Shown: piece after piece, positions 27,346 through 34,979 of the stretch | How the letters are laid out: every line of letters begins with the position of its first letter | Numbering within the stretch: position 1 is the first letter of the stretch | Virus record (IMG/VR): IMGVR_UViG_3300013005_004049 | Span: 1-64,000 of that record | Origin: an uncultured virus (IMG/VR IMGVR_UViG_3300013005_004049) | Taxonomy: Duplodnaviria > Heunggongvirae > Uroviricota > Caudoviricetes | Reading direction: 5' to 3' (one strand) | DNA length: 64,000 nucleotides | Program-made: the position numbers and the translations under genes | The notes under the pieces: generated by a model | Seen by the model: the letters and a program-made list of their open reading frames with translations, nothing else | The model's database searches: none | Told to the model about the DNA's origin: nothing

Positions 27346-27713
27346 TGTTTGCTCTTGTAGTCAATTATGGCTGCTTGAATCGCGTCTTCAGCAAGAATTG
27401 AGCAATGTATTTTAACTGGGGGGAGTGCAAGATGTTCGGCGATCTCAGAATTCTTAATAGATCCTGCTTCTGCCAGCGTCTTACCTTTGACCCACTCCGT
27501 AACGAGTGATGAACTTGCAATGGCTGAGCCGCAGCCATAAGTCTTGAATTTTGCGTCCGTGATAATGCCATCTTGCACCTTGATTTGTAGTTTCATTACA
27601 TCACCACATGCAGGTGCTCCCACCATGCCTGTGCCTACTGTGTCGTCAATTTCTAATTTTCCTACGTTACGGGGGTTTTCGTAGTGATCTATAACTTTGT
27701 CTGAATATGCCAT
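27342..27713 (-). CDS. iscU: Fe-S scaffold IscU
   Basis: MAYSDKVIDHYENPRNVG, APACGDVM, YGCGSAIASSS, LPPVKIHCS. Confidence 0.96.
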   Translation of the reverse strand: MAYSDKVIDHYENPRNVGKLEIDDTVGTGMVGAPACGDVMKLQIKVQDGIITDAKFKTYGCGSAIASSSLVTEWVKGKTLAEAGSIKNSEIAEHLALPPVKIHCSILAEDAIQAAIIDYKSKH

Positions 27714-27714
27714 T

Positions 27715-28176
27715 TTATTGTGTGTTAGATGTATCGTAGGTCTTGGCAAAGATATCTGCTTTGACAGCACCATAATCACCAGGTCCATGTTTGACAATGT
27801 AGTCATTGCCTGTGGTGTAGTTTAGATTGCCCCAGCTGGTATGTAGTACACCGTCATGGTCAGCAAGTTTTGCTACCTTGAGTATTTTCTTAGGTGTGCA
27901 TTCACCGTCACCGAGATCGTCTTTGTATTCACGGAACTTTTCTGGTGTGATAGGATACTGTTCGCCTTTGGGGCCTGTCATGATATAATGACCCGTATCG
28001 TAGCTAACAGGACCTTCTAGTGTTTCCACTGTGCCAGGGGCTTGTGCTATTTGGTATTTTTCAACAGCAGGCTTTTTGAATGTTTCAAATGATCCTTTTT
28101 CAAACCAAGCATCATTGATTGCTGTTTCGGCTTCAACTATCATATTACTGTACTTTCGAAAAAATATTGAGTCCAT
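27715..28176 (-). CDS. PGDYG-motif family protein
   Basis: TLEGPV, GPKGEQYPI, HGPGDYG. Confidence 0.65.
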   Translation of the reverse strand: MDSIFFRKYSNMIVEAETAINDAWFEKGSFETFKKPAVEKYQIAQAPGTVETLEGPVSYDTGHYIMTGPKGEQYPITPEKFREYKDDLGDGECTPKKILKVAKLADHDGVLHTSWGNLNYTTGNDYIVKHGPGDYGAVKADIFAKTYDTSNTQ

Positions 28177-28228
28177 GTAAAAAACCCTACTGTTATTGTA
28201 AGGTATTTATTTGGCTATGTCAAGGATT

Positions 28229-28609
28229 TTAACTTCTATTAGAAGCAGCTCGTTTGGCCATTGCGTCAACAACTTTGGTAGGATCTTTGGCGTTGCCACT
28301 GTTCCCGGTGTCTTGCTCGCTCTCTGGGCTGGTACCGGGCTCATCTCCAAAGGGCTTGAAGCTGATGTTTTTTTCGTCTAGATTGGTAATGAGATTTTTG
28401 AATGCTGGCTTGCTCATCATGTTTTGCAGCAATTGGTAATTTAACACACGGCTGCCTGCCATGTTGTTTACCATGTTAATAAACCCCGCGGTGCTGTGCG
28501 GGGTTGTTAACTTTTTGTTATGGTCTCGGTTACGCAAAAACTCCAGCGTGGTCAATATCTGCGCAGTGAGTTGATCCGAGTCCTCACTCAAGAACTCGTG
28601 TATGCGCAT
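28229..28609 (-). CDS. Putative capsid-internal protein
   Basis: N-terminus MRIHEFLSE; part of the late cluster. Confidence 0.55.
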   Translation of the reverse strand: MRIHEFLSEDSDQLTAQILTTLEFLRNRDHNKKLTTPHSTAGFINMVNNMAGSRVLNYQLLQNMMSKPAFKNLITNLDEKNISFKPFGDEPGTSPESEQDTGNSGNAKDPTKVVDAMAKRAASNRS

Positions 28610-28611
28610 GA

Positions 28612-29304
28612 TTATCTCTTGCCGCGACCAAGTGTTTCGCCGCCGCCGGCAGCAGCATCGGTTGCAGCAAATTCATCTGGTGCTTCAATATCGCTGGCCA
28701 TGTCTGGTGCAGGAGGAGCTTCCATGCCAGGCATACCTGGAGTTCCCATGTCACCACCTGGCATGCCCATTGGGGCAGCTACCTGTTCACCAGCCAGTGT
28801 TCTAGCAGCACCGTCAGATGCTTCGCGAGCACCTTGCAGTGCTGTTACCAACTCTTGCAGGATAGGAGTCACTGTGCCTTTGAAAGCATCAGCTTGTGGT
28901 TGACCAATTTGGTCACGAATGGTGTCCAGCAGTGCAGGTAACTGTTCGTTTTGCATTTTGCTGATGTCTTCTAGCATGTCCTGGAAGCTGTCTACGATGT
29001 CCTTGGCAGCCAGAATTGCACCGCTTTTGGCAATTTCGCTTTCTGTGAGTGGACGATTTTCGTCAATCCAACGATTGAGTCCTTCGCGCACCATGAGCAT
29101 TTCCATGTACTTTGGATTCTTTTCTGCTGTGTGAACGCCAAAATTATACTTTAGACGGTTTAGGTTTTCTGTCAAACTGACGCTGAGCTCTCGAGCTTTG
29201 CGTAAATTCAGCTTGCTGTAATCAATGCGAAAACCAAAGCGATTTTCGTTGATTCTGTTAATCTTAAGAGATGAAGGTTTAGTTGCGAGTTCTTGCAGTT
29301 TCAT
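28612..29304 (-). CDS. Putative capsid-internal/scaffold-like protein
   Basis: MKLQEL start, LTES motif, acidic Pro/Gly/Met-rich tail; TAAATA 29336-29331. Confidence 0.55.
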   Translation of the reverse strand: MKLQELATKPSSLKINRINENRFGFRIDYSKLNLRKARELSVSLTENLNRLKYNFGVHTAEKNPKYMEMLMVREGLNRWIDENRPLTESEIAKSGAILAAKDIVDSFQDMLEDISKMQNEQLPALLDTIRDQIGQPQADAFKGTVTPILQELVTALQGAREASDGAARTLAGEQVAAPMGMPGGDMGTPGMPGMEAPPAPDMASDIEAPDEFAATDAAAGGGETLGRGKR

Positions 29305-29800
29305 GGTTTTTAGTTTCCCATACTTTAGAGTATTTAGCACTGTAGATTGTTTTTTGCATATTAGTTTTTAGATTTTCCAACCTTGGACGACTAATACTTA
29401 GCCTAGCTAAAAATAGGTCTTGTTTGAAAGCGTCATGACTACGCACTGCCTGTGCTAGTCCGTGTGTGTAATCTGTTACTTCTTGCAACATTTTTGTGAG
29501 AGCTACATCCATATGCACAAATTCTTGCGCTTTATGATACATGTTGCGGCTTTCGTACAAGCAAAACAACACAGCAGCAGGGGCTACAGAAAATGTGTGC
29601 AGCGTGATACCGTACTGATTTTTTACAATCCAGACACCGTGCTGTTTCTTGAGTACAAATTTACCAACACGATACAGATGTTTACCAACATCTACACATA
29701 CGAATTCACGGCTGTCTACTAGAGCTTGTAGTTCTTTTTGGGTCCAACGGTCCAACATTCTTGCGGCTACTTCTGTTATTACTTCAGCAGTTGCAGTCAT
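29279..29800 (-). CDS. Hypothetical protein
   Basis: Packed ORF; start uncertain. Confidence 0.55.
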   Translation of the reverse strand: MTATAEVITEVAARMLDRWTQKELQALVDSREFVCVDVGKHLYRVGKFVLKKQHGVWIVKNQYGITLHTFSVAPAAVLFCLYESRNMYHKAQEFVHMDVALTKMLQEVTDYTHGLAQAVRSHDAFKQDLFLARLSISRPRLENLKTNMQKTIYSAKYSKVWETKNHETARTRN

Positions 29801-29810
29801 AGTGACTTGT

Positions 29811-30038
29811 TTAGACAAACGTTGATTGTTCTGGGATTTTTTTGTAATAGGTAACTTGCCCATTTTGATTTTTCCTGTACAGCACATCCTTGACCACTAG
29901 GTTATTGGCCAGCACAATCTCGCGTTCGTTGAGATCCTGCCTGGACACGCTGCTGTTATCGTAGAATTTAGAAAGGAGGTCAGCTTCCTCATTTGTTACG
30001 GGCATGGACACGCCCTGTACGACCTCAATAATTTTCAT
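29811..30038 (-). CDS. Hypothetical protein
   Basis: MKIIEV start; coupled to the upstream gene. Confidence 0.65.
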   Translation of the reverse strand: MKIIEVVQGVSMPVTNEEADLLSKFYDNSSVSRQDLNEREIVLANNLVVKDVLYRKNQNGQVTYYKKIPEQSTFV

Positions 30039-30292
30039 TTGTTTATAAAATGCACTAGCACGGTTATAAGCCCAGTTATTAAAACACTGATCACAGCGGT
30101 GCCAATGGCTATCAATTGTTTGCTCTGGCGATCACCTGCGCCAGCCAAGGTTTGCTTGATATCAATGATATGAGTTTCAAGCTGTTCGACCTTTCTTTCC
30201 ACGGTCTCTAGTTTGGTTTCCAACTTTTCATACCTTTCCGCACACAGCTCGACGTGGGCTTCAAGGTTGGTTTTTTCAATATTTGTCGACAC
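30035..30292 (-). CDS. Coiled-coil protein with C-terminal TM helix (XhlA/holin-like architecture)
   Basis: GTG start after GGAG; LEAHVELCAERY, heptads, hydrophobic C-terminus. Confidence 0.6.
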   Translation of the reverse strand: MSTNIEKTNLEAHVELCAERYEKLETKLETVERKVEQLETHIIDIKQTLAGAGDRQSKQLIAIGTAVISVLITGLITVLVHFINK

Positions 30293-30377
30293 CGACTTGC
30301 TCCGTATGGTTAACGATGCTGTTGTTGAGCCTTGATATGAGCCTTAATAAATTGCCTGTAATTGCCAAAACATCAGG

Positions 30378-30815
30378 TTATGTATTTACACCAAATGACG
30401 CAGTCTTAAAATATATGTTTTTAATGGCGCCGTGAGTGTAAAACACAGGCAACATGAAACGAGCAGTTTCGCTGAGATAGGTAATCACTGGAACTTGATC
30501 AAAATCTAAGTGCAGTAGATGTGCAGGATCAACAGCATCACCGAACACACCTGCGTGATCCACGGTGAAAGCAAAGCTCCATACACGGTGTGTGCCAGAG
30601 TAAAACTCTCCAAATTCATATGCGTTTAATTCTACTTCGTCAACTCGCCAACTGGTTTCCAGAGGCTGAGTGCGGATACCTATGCACTGTAACACTGTTT
30701 CCCAGTTGCGCTGTTGATTGCGCGGCAGATCATGTTCAACTTCCGTGTGTACCACTCCTGTTGGAGTGATATCAACAAGAGTATAACCAATGAATGTTTT
30801 GTCGGGCGAGTACAT
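30378..30815 (-). CDS. Hypothetical late protein
   Basis: TLVDIT..RNQQRNWETVLQ; TAAATA 30829-30824. Confidence 0.65.
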   Translation of the reverse strand: MYSPDKTFIGYTLVDITPTGVVHTEVEHDLPRNQQRNWETVLQCIGIRTQPLETSWRVDEVELNAYEFGEFYSGTHRVWSFAFTVDHAGVFGDAVDPAHLLHLDFDQVPVITYLSETARFMLPVFYTHGAIKNIYFKTASFGVNT

Positions 30816-30834
30816 GATGCAAATATTTAGTCAC

Positions 30835-30859
30835 AAAAAAAGCACCTTGCGGTGCTTTT
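30835..30859 (-). terminator. Rho-independent terminator
   Basis: AAAAGCACC-GCAA-GGTGCTTTTTTT on the minus strand. Confidence 0.88.
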
Positions 30860-30878
30860 CTTGTCACGGTGAATGTGA

Positions 30879-31322
30879 TTATGGACGACGATAAGCAAAG
30901 TGTGTGTCAACAACTTCTGCGTTGGTTGCTGTAACTGCGCCTACGCTACCAATGTTACCAAGGGTACGAATAACAGTTTGCAATGCCGCATTGCTGGTCC
31001 AACCTGAACGCTCTACTAGAACTGTCATGCTAGCACCTAAAGCGCCGGCTGCTGTGCCAGTATTAGCTGGGTTCACTTGATATGCAAGAACAGAAGCATT
31101 GCTTGAAATTGTTTTCAACAATGTATCAACTGCGCCTGGTACGCCTGAACCGTTTGGTCCACCTAGCTCTGCTGCCAAGTTACCTACGATTTCAATATTG
31201 TAAACATTCAAAGGACCAGCAACACCTGTGCTGATAATTTTACTGTTTGCATTTCTTGTGGTGTCTCCACCAACGTTTTGCACGTTTTGTGCATCACCAT
31301 TTACTCTATTAAATACAGCCAT
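30879..31322 (-). CDS. Probable abundant virion structural protein
   Basis: Has its own late promoter (31372-31367), AGGAG RBS and terminator; A/G/N/T-rich. Confidence 0.6.
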   Translation of the reverse strand: MAVFNRVNGDAQNVQNVGGDTTRNANSKIISTGVAGPLNVYNIEIVGNLAAELGGPNGSGVPGAVDTLLKTISSNASVLAYQVNPANTGTAAGALGASMTVLVERSGWTSNAALQTVIRTLGNIGSVGAVTATNAEVVDTHFAYRRP

Positions 31323-31380
31323 TTTATTTCTCCTAATTTTAATGAGCGCAGTGCGCTACATGCAAATATTTATGATCTTG

Positions 31381-31947
31381 TTATAAATCTAGTTCGTTTG
31401 GTAACAGATCCACAATGTCCAATAACAGCGCATGACGCTGTAATTCTCTGCGTAGATTACTCGCTGCCATACGCTTTTCAAAACGATTGCTACGAGTCCA
31501 GTCCATTACCACTCTTCGTATGCCGGTAAGTGTGGAATCACTTATGCTCAAAGCATATTCTAGATTTAGAAAAAACTGCCGATCCAGGCTGGGTGCAGAA
31601 ATGCCCATGCGCAGTCTTTGCATATAACTATGTATCTGTAGCGACGGGGCATGCACATCAAAGTTTACCTCTATACGCTCTGCATAGTCATTTTGATTGC
31701 TCAACACAGTTACCAAATTTGCCACATCTGTGGCTCCATTGCGCATCTTGTCAAAGTCATTGAACTGTAAGGTTCTGTAAGCATACATTTGACTGCGTTG
31801 GTCATTAAACTGCCTTATGAACTCCAAGGACAACATGGCCACATACAGCACTCGGCCCAGTTCGTGGGCTTTTTGTCCACGCAAGCCTGCTAGTCCGCGA
31901 AACATGCGGCTTTCTTTTAGTTCGTCTAAGAATTCAAAACTAGACAT
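31381..31947 (-). CDS. Hypothetical protein, putative capsid-internal
   Basis: FEFLDELKES N-terminus. Confidence 0.55.
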   Translation of the reverse strand: MSSFEFLDELKESRMFRGLAGLRGQKAHELGRVLYVAMLSLEFIRQFNDQRSQMYAYRTLQFNDFDKMRNGATDVANLVTVLSNQNDYAERIEVNFDVHAPSLQIHSYMQRLRMGISAPSLDRQFFLNLEYALSISDSTLTGIRRVVMDWTRSNRFEKRMAASNLRRELQRHALLLDIVDLLPNELDL

Positions 31948-33085
31948 TTTTTGCAAAGTTAGCTCTACTGAAACCCAGTCGATCAATCAACTTGAACTTG
32001 TCAGCACCACCGCCTACCACATAGCCCTCGTGCCCTATATCGTTGCCAGTGTATGCTTGTACATCGCCACTGGCTTGTTGTGCATCAATTTGTTTTTTAA
32101 CTGACAACTTGAGGTTGTACAAGGCTACCCATATGGCAAACATGCCTGCTAGGCCTTGTGCTCCTTCTTTGTAGAGATATCCAGGTTGCTCTTCTGTGCC
32201 AAGCAATTTGGTACTGGCTGCTCCGCTGAGATTTTGGCCAAGGTATGCGTAGAATCCTTCCAGCATGTTATCAAAGTTGCCTGCGGAGATCTTGCTGGTA
32301 ATATACTTGCTGGCCAGTCCAATGATACCTTTGGCTTTGAGTCCTGCAAGACTGCTCATGAAGTTGGTCACAGCATCTGAGTATTGATCAATGATTTTTT
32401 GCACAGGTGCTGTGTCAGCTGCGGCTATTTTGACCTTGGGCACAGGCATTTCACCTGTGACAAACCAAATTGGATTACCGTCAGCTGGTAATCCGCCTAG
32501 CCCTTGCAACGGCTGGTCAGCTTCACCCACGCCAGGTATAAAACTGTGTACAGCAATACCTGCGATGCTGCTTTTGATTTTCTGTCCCACTGGACTATCT
32601 GCTTTCACACGATATGTGACTGTGTTGGGACGAAAAACATACATACCCTGTTGTGGTTGTAGCCGACCTGCATACAGCAAATCTCCAAAGTAAAAGCCAC
32701 GGAAATTGCCTGGTATGATAGATTCCAGTGCTGGCCACAGGGTGTCAATCTTGGCATGCAGGTCTCCGCGGTCAGCACCGCGATTCATGTCATATTGTTT
32801 GAATGCTTCTGGACTGGTAACACGGCCGCTGCCGTCCTTTTTTTCAAACATGTGCTTGTCTGTGACCATGAGCTCGCCGTCCACATTGCGTCCAAACACC
32901 AGGGCTGGAAATCCGTCCCACTTGATAGTGGTAAGTTCTTTGCCTGTGCTCATACTAGACAGAGCATTCATACTGCGGCTGGCACCTTCTATGCCATCAG
33001 TCCACACAGCATCTTCAGGATGTACAATGCCTTCCTTGATAAACACCGGTTCTGACGGTTTGTTAAATATTTCTGTAATCTTCAT
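31940..33085 (-). CDS. Ligase-like covalent nucleotidyltransferase (DUF6267-like)
   Basis: TIKWDG (motif I KxDG), YFGDLLY, HEGYVV, FKLIDR. Confidence 0.6.
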   Translation of the reverse strand: MKITEIFNKPSEPVFIKEGIVHPEDAVWTDGIEGASRSMNALSSMSTGKELTTIKWDGFPALVFGRNVDGELMVTDKHMFEKKDGSGRVTSPEAFKQYDMNRGADRGDLHAKIDTLWPALESIIPGNFRGFYFGDLLYAGRLQPQQGMYVFRPNTVTYRVKADSPVGQKIKSSIAGIAVHSFIPGVGEADQPLQGLGGLPADGNPIWFVTGEMPVPKVKIAAADTAPVQKIIDQYSDAVTNFMSSLAGLKAKGIIGLASKYITSKISAGNFDNMLEGFYAYLGQNLSGAASTKLLGTEEQPGYLYKEGAQGLAGMFAIWVALYNLKLSVKKQIDAQQASGDVQAYTGNDIGHEGYVVGGGADKFKLIDRLGFSRANFAKNV

Positions 33086-34209
33086 TTGAAGTAGCCTTGA
33101 ACTGTTTCCAGTCCTTGTAAAATTTTTTGTTTGTCGCTTTCAGCACGAGCAATAGCAGCAGGTGTTTGAGCTTTGTCACGCTTTTTGCCCTGCACATCAA
33201 CCATGGCTTTGTCTTGATAACGCTGCCAAAACTTATTTAAGAAATCATCAGCACCGGAAAAGTTCTTTAGATCTCCTTGCCCAAACATGTTGTTGGCCTC
33301 GGCACTGGCTGCAAATGCCTTGACACCGCGCACGAGAGTTTCTATGTTGACTTTTTCAATATTGACACCGCCATAGGTTTTCAATGCTGGCACAATTTTT
33401 GGTTTATCAATGCCCTGTTGCTTTGCTAGATAGCGAAAAGTATCTAGTATAAATGATGTAGGTTCAGTGGTTACTGTGACTGTTTCAGTGTCTTTTTGCT
33501 TGCTAAACGGCACACGCTCGCCGTCAATTACTTTTAGTTGCACGCCTGCATGTTGAATACTCATGTCCAACAGCTCGCCCAACACACTCCACATGTTGCC
33601 AGTAAGCAGTCCTTTCACACCGTGTTGTGGTGTTACTCTAGTGGCGCCCCAGGTGCTTAACTTTGGTTCGTGCCACATGAAATCAACTTGTACAAAAGCA
33701 TCCTTGCCAATGGCTATAATAGGGTGTCCTGGTTTACTTTCTGTGGACAACACATACGCAGGATTGGTTTCTTTTACAAACTCGTCGGCCAAGCGATTCC
33801 AAAAGCTAGTAAACTGTCCATAAGTTAATCCTTCCACCGGAGGCGCAATCATCTGTAGATCCACATCACCGTAGACTTTTTCTGGATCATTTTTGGCATC
33901 TTGAGCATGGTAAGCACTGCTACCAGTGGGGCGACCCATCTGCACAGGTCCTTGACCTTGTGGTTGCAACCAGGTGTTGAAATCTGTTACAAACTGTTGA
34001 ACCACTGCCAACGAGGATTTTACCACATTGGGTGTTATCACAGTGCCTTGAGTAGCTGTGGTATCCCACCCACCTTCTTGCACACTTTCTCCACCGTCGC
34101 CACCATCGCTGCTGTCGCCGTATGAGCCAAAGCCAGGAAACCAATAACCACTGTAGGCAAATTTAGATTTCTTGTGGCGTTTTTCGCTTACAAAGTCTTT
34201 AGATTTCAT
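33082..34209 (-). CDS. Pol-beta/PolX-like nucleotidyltransferase
   Basis: PTGSS...YGDVDL and VQVDF give a three-Asp catalytic set. Confidence 0.6.
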   Translation of the reverse strand: MKSKDFVSEKRHKKSKFAYSGYWFPGFGSYGDSSDGGDGGESVQEGGWDTTATQGTVITPNVVKSSLAVVQQFVTDFNTWLQPQGQGPVQMGRPTGSSAYHAQDAKNDPEKVYGDVDLQMIAPPVEGLTYGQFTSFWNRLADEFVKETNPAYVLSTESKPGHPIIAIGKDAFVQVDFMWHEPKLSTWGATRVTPQHGVKGLLTGNMWSVLGELLDMSIQHAGVQLKVIDGERVPFSKQKDTETVTVTTEPTSFILDTFRYLAKQQGIDKPKIVPALKTYGGVNIEKVNIETLVRGVKAFAASAEANNMFGQGDLKNFSGADDFLNKFWQRYQDKAMVDVQGKKRDKAQTPAAIARAESDKQKILQGLETVQGYFK

Positions 34210-34979
34210 TATCTCACCAGCAGAGTTTGCATGGCGCGAAACCAACTGGGAGATCCTTCTTCTAGTTTTTTAGGCAGCATGATGAGACCTTTAACCTCGT
34301 CTTCACGAGCTTGTGCCAATTTCTCATCTTGCATGGGATCATTTTCCAGTGCTCGCAGAATACTTTTCACACTGTTGAGATCATCGCCAGTGGCTCGAGG
34401 ATTGAGTAGAATCTTGGCCACGCTGTCTCTGTCTCTTGCTACCACAGTGTTATCGTCACGACGAAGTAGTTTAGCACCAAAGGCATCAAATTTCAAACCC
34501 AGTGCTTTGCCAATGCTGTTCATTAGAATAAAGATACTTTGTCCTTTGAATTCAGGATCATTGTAACTGCCTCGAGGCCCATGCTGGTGATAAGGTGCAA
34601 CTAAGGCAGCATCATTGATAACCATCACATCAACTTGAGCCATAGCGTCCTTGTAGGGCACGCCTATGTGTACATTGTTGCCCTTGGTCACACTGTCAAA
34701 ACCTTTGGCACGGAAAAAGTTTTCCAGTGCTTTTTTACCTGCTTTCACAGGTTCTTTTTCGTCTTGAGTTTGAAACAGTGCAACAACATCTTCTGCTTCA
34801 ATCATGACATCAATGTCGCCTGATTCTACTTTGTAGCCTGCACTGCCAATGTCTATTTGCATGCGTTTCACTAACGCAGGCGGCAATGCTGATCGTACTT
34901 CGTCAACCACTTTTGCAACATCTCTTTTGGCTACAGGAATGCTGTTGGGAATGGCGTTTCCGCCTTCGTGTAATTTCAT
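34209..34979 (-). CDS. Pol-beta/PolX-like nucleotidyltransferase
   Basis: IGSAG...SGDIDV and AQVDVM; KG..LMNSIGKALGLKF thumb-like segment. Confidence 0.7.
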   Translation of the reverse strand: MKLHEGGNAIPNSIPVAKRDVAKVVDEVRSALPPALVKRMQIDIGSAGYKVESGDIDVMIEAEDVVALFQTQDEKEPVKAGKKALENFFRAKGFDSVTKGNNVHIGVPYKDAMAQVDVMVINDAALVAPYHQHGPRGSYNDPEFKGQSIFILMNSIGKALGLKFDAFGAKLLRRDDNTVVARDRDSVAKILLNPRATGDDLNSVKSILRALENDPMQDEKLAQAREDEVKGLIMLPKKLEEGSPSWFRAMQTLLVR

